Below, piece by piece: positions 12,801 to 24,841 of a stretch of 64,000 nucleotides of DNA. Location: contig JAUCBJ010007809.1 of assembly GCA_032718475.1 (NCBI GenBank), positions 1 through 64,000 on the forward strand, written 5' to 3'. The notes beneath the pieces were generated by a model that searched no databases, was not told the origin of the DNA, and worked only from the letters and a program-made list of their open reading frames with translations. Origin of the DNA: Nemertoderma westbladi. Its lineage: Eukaryota; Animalia; Xenacoelomorpha. How positions within the stretch are numbered: the stretch's first letter is position 1; every line of letters starts with the position of its first letter. A program made the position numbers and the translations under genes.

Positions 12801-15340
12801 CAGTATGTCCTGCAGTCTGTATGTGACCCTCCGGACCGAATTTTAACCTTCTCGAATAATCCAAGAATTCCTCCCCGCGGCTACCGTACATCCGATCGGC
12901 AGTTACATCCCGTCGGGAAGTTTATCTTCGATCCCCTCTCCTATTCTCGTCCTCGTACTGATACTCTCTGTACCCCTCTCTCGGCGTATAGTACACCTTG
13001 CCAGGTCGCGTCTCTCCGGGGCGACAGCATTCTCCCGGAGTTCGACCCCACCGACTCTCCAACTCCATTTCTACTACTGACGGCTCGCTATCCATCCTCG
13101 CTCTTCTGTCTCTCGCAACAATACTTCTTCTACTCTCTTCTCTCCTTCTCTCTTCAGTGTAGCGTTCCCGCTCCTTCCTCCGTTCCTTCCCTATTCTGAC
13201 TGGGCTCGATGTCTTGTCGCTTGCCCTCTCGTGACATCAACCTCTCTCTCTCTATCCGGCCGCACGCCACTGGGGATACTCGTAATCTCCCTACTATTCT
13301 CCATCGCCGGGTGCTGTGGTTAACCTAGTTTGCCCCACGCATCATCCGCCGACACCTGTGGGGCACTCTCTGCCCCCCCCCCCTCTCGCCGCTAATCTCT
13401 CATTGTGGGGCTCCTGTAGCCCCCCCCCCCCCCAATTGCCACCTATCACTTCACTATCTCTCACTTCGCTTCTACGCCCCTCTCTAGTCGACACACTATT
13501 CCTACCGTGGCTGGGTCTATTCATCCCCGCCTCTCCCTCTATCACTGTGTGGCCTGGCAGGCCCCCGCCGGGTTGACACAACCCCGCTACTCCCTGCATA
13601 TCAACTACGTGGCCTACCAGGCTCCCATTGGGGTCTCTCACCCCCGCTACTTCCTGCGTACTGATTATGTGGCCTACCAGGCTCTCGTTTCCCGGGCCAC
13701 CTACATTTGCCGCATTTATATTAATAGCGCCATTTATTTTCTAAATTATTTAAATTATTAGAATTGTTCCGTACTGAATTTGGATTATTATTTAAATTAT
13801 TTTGTATATTTGAATTGGAATCGGGATTATTTTGTTCGTTTGAGTTAAAATTACTATTTTGTATATTTAAATAGATTATTAATAGATAGATAATTATTTG
13901 AATTATTTTCTACATTTAAATTAGGATCGTTCGGATTTAAATCACTATCATCGGGCAAAATATTATTTCCTGCCATGAAAGTTTGATTAGGGCTGTCTAT
14001 TAATATTAACGTTCTCTAACATATTATTATTACCCCCCCCCCCCCCCCCCCCGCCTGTACGATTACACCAGTCTTGGGTCTGTCGTCTGGTCCATGTAAG
14101 TGGGGTATTAACAAACGTTTCCATAACTTCCGGCTCCTCGTAAACACTAGCCGAGCCAGCCTCACTCTCTGATAGCCCCATCCGCACCAATTCTAATCGG
14201 CGCTTCTGTTTGGCCTGATACTGCATAAGCCCCCTTAGCCGGGCATGCATATCATCCCGCATACGTTTTCCCGCTCTCTCTCTCTCTCTATCCTCCCGTA
14301 AACTTTGGTCTGCAAATTCTACCTCTCTCGCCTCCGCCCGCTCTCTACGTTCATTCATTTCCCTCACTTCTCGTTCTTTGCGCTCCGATTTCTCCCTCTC
14401 TTCTCACTCTCCACAGTTCCAGGCCACCCTCTCGGCCCTCTCTTTACACTCCCTCGCTAACTCTCTTTCTTTCTCTAGCAACGCAGTTCCCTCATCCAAC
14501 TGCCTCTCCAATTCTTTCTTATCTAGCGACACCATGTCCAACTGACATGCCAGATCTATCTCCAACACCTTTTTGCTTTCGCGGAGGATGTAGCGGACTT
14601 ATCGGTCACGACGGACTCCCGTCGCCTCTCTGTCCTACTAACTTTCCCCTGCTTTCTGGGGTTCTCGCTAACCGACGAGATCGAATCCTCGGGGTTAACC
14701 TCGGATTCCCCCTCGTGCGGGTCTGCCCAACCCACTAACTTAATTCCCCTAGCATCCACTAAATACGGCCCTATGTACACCACTTGGGGCTCCATTATCC
14801 CGGACCGCCACAGTTCAAATAGTTTGATGGGGACCCCCCTCGCTCTCTCACTCGCTTTTTCTCCCTGCCCAAAGCGAACTAGGTATCTAAAGTGTTTGTT
14901 CGACTCACCTAGTTGCTGGCTTAACTTCTTCTGGTCTACCTTTGCTCCTTGTTTGGCCTCTTTGAGCTGCTTCTTCGTCGCGTTGTAGGCTCGTCGGAGC
15001 CGGTCACTGGTTCCAACATCCTCGTCGTCAACCTCGCCTCCTCCCCTCCTGGTTAGGAGTCGTACCGGCCGCCCCACCATCACCATTCCAGTGGGCTGTC
15101 CGTCACCCTCGGCCTGTGGCTGGCCAGCAACATCGGTACTTCGACTCCTCCTCTCGTTGTGGTAGACGGCCGCCCTCCGCTTGGGCTGCCGGATCGTCTC
15201 TCTCCGGCGAGTCCGGCGTTGCGGGTCGATACCATCGCATCGCAGCCTCACGGATCGTTTTGTTTGTATCGTCCGGGGTCCGCGGCGGTGTCGTCTCTTC
15301 CTCTAGATTTCGGGGCTCCGTACTCATCTTTTTATCTCTC
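9900..15340 (-). pseudogene. gag-pol: Bel/Pao family B gag-pol remnant (RT, RNase H and most of integrase not recognisable)
   Basis: ORF fragments 14556-15251, 13987-14367, 12132-12413, 11109-12113 and 10666-10896 are colinear with the full-length copy. Confidence 0.85.
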
Positions 15341-15786
15341 TGTGTTGGTGGCTGGCAGTCACTACTACTACTAGGATCGGCATGCTGCATTGCAGCTGCA
15401 TTTTTAAGAATGCTTTGCCGGCTTGTCAACAAAATTGCACCGCCACAACTCCCTATCACCCATGACATTTGCTAGATCATCCGCATCTTTAAGGCCAGCG
15501 TCCTTTAAGATGCGTCTCAAGAAAGTTATGGGGTGTCCACCATGCTTATTCACTCCATGAGGCTGCCAAAGTACAAGATTATGCACTGGCTGCTGGTCCT
15601 CACTCTGAAAGCAATGTCCTGCAAAGCGGAGGCGATTTTGTTCTAGTGTCAAGCTTGGGGGAACCAATGAGACACCTCCAATGTTATATAGTGTCTGGTT
15701 GGAGATGTGTGCATTGTACTTGACACAATGAACCCGGCGTAGCATTCTTGTGAATGTGCCATTCAGAGATTTGGTGTCCTCAGCAG

Positions 15787-16896
15787 TTAGAGCCCAGCAT
15801 GGACTCCCGTAGAGGAGTACTTCCAATTCTTCGGTGACTTCCAAATCCTGGAAAGCCTATTCAAGGCTGCCCATGCCTTTCCCTTACGTATTCGAAGGTC
15901 CTCACCTGAATTCCGGATCCATGATCTCAGGTAACAGAAGTCGTCCACATGCTCAAGCATACCATCCTTTGAGCTTATGCTCATCCGATCAGAGACTTGC
16001 TGAGGACTTTCAAAGTTAACTGTCAGAATTTTGGTCTTTCTGGAGTTAATAAAAAGACCAACACTAGAAGCAACATGTTCTAATGAGCTGAGGAGCCATT
16101 GGGCTCCCTCTAATGATTCTGAGAGTACTCCTAAGTCATCAGCAAAGTCTAGATCAGTTAGGAACTTGGCAGGATTTCCTCGACTTCTGGAGCCAGTAGG
16201 TGGAGTTATCATCACCCCATCATCATTATAATGATCTAAGGACATGCGTAGAACATAGTCAACCACAATAATGAACAAGAATGGTGCAAGTGTGTCTCCT
16301 TGGAGGATGCCCCATAACACTTCAAATGGTTCTGTGTCACCGTCAACAGTAGACAAAAATGTTGTCGAACCATCATATACTGATCTGATTGCTGCAATAA
16401 TTTCATCAGGAATCCCATATAATGAAAGTATGCTGAACATATGTGAGCGAGAGACTGAATCAAAGGCCTTGAAGAAGTCAACAACGATAACAGCCAGATG
16501 CCTGTCTTTCTTTTTTGATAACTCTTCAATTATCCTTCTAAGTGCCAAAATGGGCTCCATGGTCCCACGACCTTTACAGAACCCATTCTGATTTCCACGA
16601 AGTAGTCTCTCAAAGGGATCCCTGATGAGATTTAATAGAATCCTATTGTATAGCTTTGCAGCAATCGAGATCAATGAGATTCCCCAAAAAGAACCATAGA
16701 ATGTTAGGTTGCCCTTCTTGGGAACTAGCACAAACTTATTTGTTTTCATTTCTTGTGGGACTCTTGTTGTTCGGAACATGTCTACTATGATGGGATAGAT
16801 GAGCTTTAAACACTCAGGTATTTTAAATACCTCAGGGGGAACACCATCTACTCCACTGGCACGATTGGTCTTAATGCTCTTTGCAGCAGCCTTCAC
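15787..16896 (-). pseudogene. LINE reverse transcriptase domain
   Basis: ASGVDGVP, PKKG, NQNGF, DFFKAFD, QGDTLAP and FADD motifs. Confidence 0.92.
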
Positions 16897-17221
16897 TTCT
16901 GCAAAGGAGATATTGCCAATGGGAATATCTGGGAGTACAGACTCAACACTTTTACTTCTATAAAGTTATCAGGCAATACCCTATCATTATTGAGGAGCTT
17001 TTCAAAGTGGGCTTTCCAACCATTGAGGCGATCGGCTGGTGATTCAGCCTTAACCTTGATGGTTGATTGGCTTTTCCGCCCAGTAACCAGATTGACAGAT
17101 TTCCATGCCTGGGATAATTGCCTGCTGTCGTCAGCATCATTGATGGCATCAACCTGTTGGTTTATTAGCTCCTGTAGATTAGCAGAGTACTGCCTGTTCA
17201 GGGACCTAGATGCAGCCTTAA

Positions 17222-18143
17222 GGGGGGGGGGGGGGGGGGGTACCCCCTCCTTGGGTCAAATTTTCACATTTTGGGTTTTCTATTTCATCTGATGCAGAAT
17301 TTAATGGGGAGTTCAAATCTTGAAACAGTTTGGCGGGATCTTTTTTAGTTCTCGAGTTATCGCTGTCTTTCCGTCTTTCAGTTTGTCCGTCAAAATTTAG
17401 GAGACAGACAGACAGACATGCTGTCAGACAGACATATTAGATACCACCAAACATTAAAACAGACATCAGAAATGAAATCACCGACCCCGAAAACCCCCAT
17501 ATTGATAATTTTAGTGAGTTGGTATGACGACATAGTGTCAAACATTACTGACCGTTAACAGACTACAGACAGTCAGGTTTGAGCGGGAAGGTTCAAATTT
17601 TAAAGCAAATTATCTCGGAATTACATTTCACGATATTTCCATTTTTCAAAATACTACTCCTCCACTATTTTTGAACCAATTTTCATAATTTTTTTATACA
17701 TTGGTGTTGCATCTGTCAGTAATAAAACATACTTGCCACATTTTTTTATTTTTATTCCTAACTGCTCCAATGTGGCATTTTTCATGATAAAACCCATATT
17801 TTTAAGTGAAAAATAATATTTCTAATTATAAAATGAAAATTAAATCGAAATTTTATTTTCTGCCAAGTATGTTTCATGTGCAGAACCGTCCTGAGGAAAA
17901 TAGTGTTAATTTCACCAAATTTGTACCAAAACCTACGGAAGAGTAGCGTTTTAAGTGAATTTTGCATTTGCGCACCTGCCCGCTAGAGGGCGACGTAAAA
18001 TTACAAATATTTTGTTTATGATCATTATTTGACCTCCCTGTGGTTGCTCGAACCCCACAAAAGATACATAGTTACATTCAAAGTAGTAGTAATGGCCATG
18101 AAAATATAGGGTATTAAGGGGGGGTACCCCCCCCCCCCCCCCC
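17222..18143. mobile_element. Non-autonomous DNA transposon with TTAA TSD and G-rich/C-rich termini (Kolobok-like)
   Basis: TTAA at 17218-17221 and 18144-18147; termini G(n)TACCCCC / GGGGGTAC(C)n. Removing it rejoins the LINE frame (NAVK|AASR). Purine (GG) termini with TTAA fit Kolobok rather than piggyBac. Confidence 0.8.
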
Positions 18144-19403
18144 TTAACTGCATTCTTGGCTGCTGTAGTCTGTTTGAGCTGGGACTCTTTCTGCGCCTTA
18201 TGAAGATCATTTCGGCACTTCTGAATTTTGTTGTCAGTCCAGGGGGCCCTTTTCCTGTTTCGAGGGTATACAGGAACTGTTTCTGCAGCTGCTAACTTAA
18301 CTGGTTCTGTAAAGGCAGTATATCCCGAACAGTGATCTGCCGCCTCAGAGGCAAGAGCCTCATACCTGTTGCTCAGCTGTAGTGTAAAGCTGGATCTCAC
18401 ACTTGGCTGTTGCAACAGAGAGGACCAGTCATGCCGCGGCAAGGCAGATTTCGTTGTTCTGCTAGCACGCAGACTAAGTCTTACCTTGGCCACAATAAGG
18501 CGGTGATCACTGGAGAAGGGTCGAAGTGTAAATGCAATACAGTCTTGTATAGAGCTCCTGTATTTCCTACGAAACAGAATATGGTCTATATGGGACTTGT
18601 GACCACTGGGTCCACTATGAGTCCATAGCTTTCCAGTTCGCTTCTTGAACTGGGTTCCAGCCGAAAACAATCCATTTCCAGAGATAAAATCCTAAAGATG
18701 GGCAGCATTTCGGTTAACACTATTGCTATAGACCCAGGGCGATGTAGGTGATTGATGCAGACTTGCATTAAAGTCTCCCAGGAATGTTAAGAATGCATGC
18801 TGATCCACTCCATCAGGATAACTGACCGGTAAATGAGCTATGCTGATAATATATGCTCACTCCTACACTATTACGGCCTTGGTACCTAGCGGATGCTCTC
18901 TTCCCTGTCCCTGATTGGATAATGGTGCATCCATGTAGGATGTTACTATTGTAATATATGGCTCGCCCCTTTACTTACATATATTATGGTGTCGGTGTAA
19001 GATTTATTGTTGTACAGCAGTACTGTGGTTATCTCTATTATTATACTTATTGCTGTATTGACTGCACTATATATATCAGCTTTCTATGGCGCAGTAATCT
19101 GGACTTACCTACCCTATAGGCCTACTTGAATACAGCATTATTATAGATGAGAATTCAAGTTAAGGACCCCGGTAGATACGCCATACGGGCATCATTCCCA
19201 GTGTAGGGGGGCAGGTCCTAGCCTTTCAAATTCATGAGGAACAGCCTGGCGTCCTACCCTTAACGAAGGGCGAGAATATCACCTCGTGCCTCCCTCTCTA
19301 CGGCGATGCCGAGTCAAACCCGCCACCTTAAGGGGGAGACAAGCACTACGGCTTAGCTGCCCTAAAAGTTGACGGTATAATCCCGTCTCTGGTCGATCCG
19401 GCA

Positions 19404-21560
19404 ATGGTGAACCTAGACGATACACTAGAACTTAATTTGGAGGATATCGAGAGCATGGACAGAGCGACCCTCTTTCAGCACTGTGCAAATGCAGGAATAC
19501 GAACCTCGGTGAAAGACTCATCCCTGCGTCTTCGAGGTTTACAACACCGTTACCTGAAAGAAGGTGTCGATAACAGCGCAACGGACGAGGTTAAACCCAA
19601 CCCAAACTCGGATCTCGTACAACTACTCCATCATATGGAGATGCAGCGTCAAGCCGAACGCGAGGAATTACACCTCGCATGGCAGGCGGATGAACTCCGT
19701 CGGCAGGCTGACCGCGAAGCGGACAAACTCCGCTGCCATGCTGAGCGTGAAGAACTACTACTCCTAATTCGCGAACACGGTCCCCACACAGTGGGACAAG
19801 CTGACAGACGCGCCCCCAAGAGTCCTACAGTCCGACTTCAGGTGCGGATGCCAGATAAACTGGAAAGGGGAACCAAATATTCGACCTTCCAACAGTGGCG
19901 TACTGCTTGGAGAAATTACAGCACAGTTACACATCTCCAGGATAAGCCCCGTGAGAAACAAGTCGCCACCTTTTATACATACTGCAGTAATGAAATGTTA
20001 ATCGATTTACGACATCTAATGGATGTGGAGCCAGACACCGGACTATCCGTTGACAATATTTTAGATCGCATACACGTCTATATTCGGGCGCAACATAACA
20101 TAATGGTGGACAGATACCAGCTTATAAAAATGAGACAATCAGAAGGACAGACATTCGATGAATACCTTGCACGCCTTAGTGAAGCATTTGACGATGCTGA
20201 AGTCGCACAAATGAACATGGATGACTGGCGTCAAACTATAGTTGTTTGCGGGATTAACGACGATAAAACTTGGGAGGAAATTTTCGGAAAACATCCACAA
20301 TTGAACTACGCTGAGACAATCGAGTTCTGCCGCACTCAGGAGGTTGCCAGCAGAGAAACACAACGTCTACAATGCCGCGTGGATGTGGTAAACCAAACCG
20401 ATGCTCAGCGTGGACGCACACAAACTCGATTTAAAAGCCGTTACCAACGCGACAAACTTGGGGACAACAGCCCACGGCGACAGGCTATATCCAGAGACGC
20501 CTACCAGAATGCGAGACAGCAACAAGTGGAGACTGGAAAGTGCATGAAATGCGGCGACCCTGTACCACACAGTGGGCACTGCAAAGCGGAAAATGCAACA
20601 TGCAACATATGTGGTCGGAGGGGTCACTACCAGAAATTCTGTATTGCTGGAGTAGTAGGAAAACCGGCACAGATCAGCGGAGAAATTTCTTTCGCAATCT
20701 CCGATATAACGCGTTACACAGAGGATCGTTGTCGTCCATATATTGCCGTTGATTTCCATATACCTGCAGGCGACGGTGTGGCATGCAGCGAATATTTAGC
20801 AAACTGCATGTGTATCCCTGATACCGGCGCACAGGTAACACTCATCAGCACATCATGTATAAACGATTGGGACTTTCCACAATATACAAAATGGCGCCAC
20901 CCGGACTACCCACTGATTGGGGCAAATAAACTCACTGTGGAATGCGACCGCTGCGTTGACCTATTACTAACTACCGGCGGAAGAACACATGCAGAAACAG
21001 AATGTTTGTGTTCACAGCTACAGAAAAACACAGCATATCTATCGCTCACTGCATGCATTGGACTAGGAATCGTACACGCGAGTTTTCCAACACCACTTCA
21101 CATCGCACCCGTGGAACAGATAGTGGATAAAGCCTCCAATCAGACATCGGAGGAGAAGGAGAAGCTCCTACAGGAGTTTAAGGACGTGTTTGATCAACCT
21201 GGAGAACTCCCAACTATGGTGGGGCAACCGATGAACATCCAACTCATAGACAGGGCGAAACCATACTGTTTAAATGCACCCAGGCAGATACATATCCCAT
21301 ATCGGAACAAAGCAAAAAAAGAGATAGATGGGATGCTGGCAAAGGGCATCATCGAACGCATTGGTGACCGACCCATAGAATGGAGCCACCCCTTAGTTAT
21401 AACCAACAAGCCAAACAGACCGGGCAAAATCCGAATGACAGTTGATCTGACCAAATTGAATTGTCAGGTTAAGCGGACAGTACACACAGCGCGATCTCCA
21501 CACGACATTATCTCACATAGAACACCAGGAGCCTGCGTGTTCACTGTTCAGTGTCCTTGA
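19404..21560 (+). pseudogene. gag-pol: Gypsy gag-protease-RT start (frameshifted into the rest of pol)
   Basis: CMKC..H..HC and CNICGRRGHYQKFC knuckles; IPDTGA protease; IRMTVDLTKLN RT motif. Confidence 0.9.
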
Positions 21561-23810
21561 TGCGAAGTCGGGGTACTGGCAGGTTGAATTAGCCGAAGAA
21601 TCACGCGAACTGACAACATTCATTACGCCATGGGGGCGATTCCGCTATTGTAGAGCACCCATGGGATTCATCAGTTCGGGCGATAGCTATAATTTTCGCG
21701 GAGATATGGCGATGGATGGCCTCTCACAAGTCCACAAAATCGTTGACGACATCCTTATTGAGGACACAAATGTCACTGAGCATCATAAGCGGGTACGAGA
21801 AGTCCTACAACGTTGCAGGGAGAATGGAATCACCATGAACAAAGACAAATTCCAGTTTTCTCAACCACAAGTGAAATTTGCGGGATATATACTATCCAAG
21901 GATGGGATTGCTGCTGATCCTGGTAAACTCAGTGCGATTAGCGAATATCCAACTCCTCAGAATATCACGGACTTGCGGAGTTTCATGGGGCTGGTCAATC
22001 AACTGGGTCATTACAGCAGCGATATCGCAATGACTGCTACCCCCCTACGTGAATTATTACGCGCGCAAAACGCGTTCGTATGGACAGCCAATCATGATGC
22101 TGCATTTACCAAAGTTAAAAAGGCGCTGATTAGCCCCCCCGTACTAGCGCCCTTCGACATAACCCGAGAAACCCGCCTTGAAACAGATGCCAGCAGGCTA
22201 TATGGCTTTGGATTCGACCTCCAACAACTACATGGTAACGACTGGAATATAGTCGCATGTGGGAGCCGATTCCTTTCCGACCCGGAAACACGGTATGCGG
22301 TAATAGAGTTGGAGAGTATCGCAATTCATTATGCCATCTCGAAGTGACGACTATATCTTGCTGGCTTACCCGAAATTCACCGTTGTCACTGATCACCGTC
22401 CTCTGTTGGCAATTTTCAATTCATACAACCTCGATCAGATCGCAAGATACAAAAGATCAAGGCAGATTTACAATCAAGATACCAATTTGAATTAATATGG
22501 CAAAAGGGAAAACAACATCGCATCGCAGATGCACTTAGGACTACGAGCTGCAGCACGCGTCGATCCAGAATTCCATCAACTCATTGAAAACATTCGGGAC
22601 GACTTCCGCAAAGTCCACACTGCACCACCTTCGGTACAAGAATACCGGTCGATCAGCGACAATTTGTTATTATACAACAATGACCTGGTATTGTTTGGGG
22701 ACCGCCGCCTGGTAATACCAAGGTCACAGAGGAGCGAAGTTCATAAACAACTACACACCCCTCACCTCAGAGTCACTAGGACAAAACAGCGCGCGTGAAG
22801 TAGCGTCTATTGGGCCCGGCATCAATGCCGATATTGAACGCATGGTTAGCCAATGTGACACCTGTCAGGGAGTACTACCCAGCCTCTCCAAGGAGACATT
22901 ACAGACAGACCCTGTACCCAACCGCGCATTCCAATCCGCTTCCTCTGATCTATTCGAACTTGGTGGAAAACACTTCCTGGTATATACAGATCGTTACTCC
23001 GGCTTCCCTATAGTGGCGGAGTGGAACGCCGATCCATCTAGCCAGCAGTGTGTTAATGTAATAAGGAAATGGTTCACTGACACAGGCGTGCCAAATATTC
23101 TGCGCACAGACGGCGGCCCACAGTTTGCCGCAGAAACATTTAAAACGTTCCTCAAGCATTGGGGAGTTAGATGGCAACCAAGCACCCCGCACTTTCCCAG
23201 TAGTAACGGACATGCGGAGTCAAGCGTAAAGCAGATAAAAATGCTACTACGAAAACTCCAGAACCTGAGTATTCATTCCGAAAAGTTCCAAGAGGGACTT
23301 CTGGAGTACCGGAATACTCCACGGTCCAATGGGCGCTCCCCGAACGAGATCGTATATGGCCGACGACTAAGAACCAGACTACCTTGCCACCACTCTAACT
23401 CTAAACAATTGTGGCAGGAAGATGTTAAGCGCGCGGATCAAAAAGCCACGGATCTGCACGGACTACATGCGGAACAATACAACCGATCTGCGAGAGATCT
23501 GAAACCACTTGCTGTTGGTGATCAGGTCCGGATACCGGACCATACCTCTAAGAAATGGACCCATATTGGTCAGGTCGTTGAAGTTGGGAAACGGAGGGAT
23601 TACCATGTTAAACTCCCATCTGGATGCATTTGGTGGCGAAACTGGCGATTCTTACGCCCCTACCACCAACCGCCGTCATCACGGACTGAAACTGGAATTA
23701 ACTCAGAAACAATGCTGGTAGTAGGACCACGACGAAGTACACGCAACAACCGCCAACAAACCGTCCGTTTCGGCGAAACCGAAACTCGAACCTTCACCCC
23801 ACTGTCATAA
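21558..23810 (+). pseudogene. pol: Gypsy pol (RT, RNase H, integrase) with stops, frameshifts and a deletion
   Basis: DAKSGYWQ, KIVDDIL, ETDAS, YAVIELE, DRYSGF, TDGGPQF, SNGHAE, YRNTP. Confidence 0.9.
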
Positions 23811-24273
23811 CTGATCAAAACAAACTGAACTAGTTTCGATCGCGGAGGGAAAAGGGAATGGTGTATCCATGTAGGATGGTACTATTGTAAGATATGGCTC
23901 GCCCCTTTACTTACTATATATTATGGTGTCGGTGTAAGATTTATTGTTGTACAGCAGTACTGTGCTTATCTCTATTATTATACTTATTGCTGTATTGACT
24001 GCACTATATATATCAGCTTTCTATACAGACCAGATAATAACCTAATTCTCGGCTCCCACCTCTGTGGGAGTGCTTCCCCCCCCCCCCCCCTGCTGCTGTT
24101 GCTTTCCCTCTCTAGGAGGTTTAACCTCTGACCTCCGTTTGTGTGTGGCTCTTTGGGGTTTGTTGTCCACATTATTGGTTGTGATGGCGATTAATCTTGT
24201 ATCCCCAATATTGCTGAAAAGAGTGCCATTTCCCAACTTTATGGTGTGGTGAGCAGAATTGAATCCACTAACA

Positions 24274-24841
24274 TAATCAACTGTTATTTGCTACGTCTTT
24301 CCACTGGAGATGGATGAATTTTGATTGTGTCAGAACACCCCCTATCTGTGGCTTTCTGAGTGGAGAGATAAGTAGTCTATCTCCCTATTAATATTGTTGT
24401 GTTCTAGAATATTTATTATTGTTTCATCGTATTGCTAAAGTGGCTGGAGCTAAAGTTATTATGTAATGCAATAATTCACCTCAAATATCTCAGCTATTTC
24501 ATGAACATAATGAAGTATTAAAGCCATGTCAAAATCATTGGTGTTTTTCTGCAATATTTTATCATAATATCCTCTGAGTGTTTTCAAAAACCATATCGAT
24601 TTTCATATTTATAACTTCTATCCCACTCCACGAGATATAGAATCTTAAATGAGCGTCAAAAGAACAGGTAACACTTACATTTATAGAAGTATTCAACTGT
24701 TATTTGCTACGACTTTCCGCTGGAGATGGATGAATTTTGATTGTGTCAGAACACCCCCTACCTGTGGCTTTCTGAGTGGAGAGAAAAGTAGCCTATCTCC
24801 CTATTAATATTGTTGTGTTCTAGAATATTTTTTATAGTTTC
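24274..24841 (-). repeat. Satellite, orientation B (~1.4 monomers)
   Basis: Reverse complement of the 7383-9778 monomer. Confidence 0.95.

Larger units (their letters stand above)
15364..18825 (-). mobile_element. 5'-truncated non-LTR retrotransposon (RTE-like LINE), APE endonuclease + RT, frameshifted
   Basis: FLGDFNA, IDHILF, SSDHRL (APE); DFFKAFDSV, GILQGDTLAPFLF, LDFADDL (RT); LLYGSPCW, RLRFAGH; 3' end is a short (TAG)n tail at ~15361-15373. Confidence 0.9.
18923..24032 (+). mobile_element. Ty3/Gypsy LTR retrotransposon (Mag-like), degenerate, inserted inside a Bel/Pao LTR
   Basis: Short LTRs (18923-~19086 and 23859-24032, TGGT..ACCA); GATAA TSD; PBS TGGCGCAG at 19087; PPT GGAGGGAAAAGGGAA; domain order PR-RT-RH-IN. 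Confidence 0.93.
9779..24273 (-). mobile_element. Degenerate, internally deleted Bel/Pao family B copy hosting nested LINE, MITE and Gypsy insertions; 5' LTR remnant at ~18825-18922 plus 24033-24273
   Basis: Gag/protease fragments closely match 48651-58727 (YTGGPAYDIVRQYQG, YIGPYLVDARGIK, LLGVVPV, TPFGWTL). The LTR remnant resembles 61208-61768 and ends GAATTGAATCCACTAACA at the satellite. Confidence 0.85.

Noticed and set aside
17222-18143. piggyBac assignment from the TTAA TSD
   Set aside because: Termini begin GG rather than the CC(C/T) typical of piggyBac.
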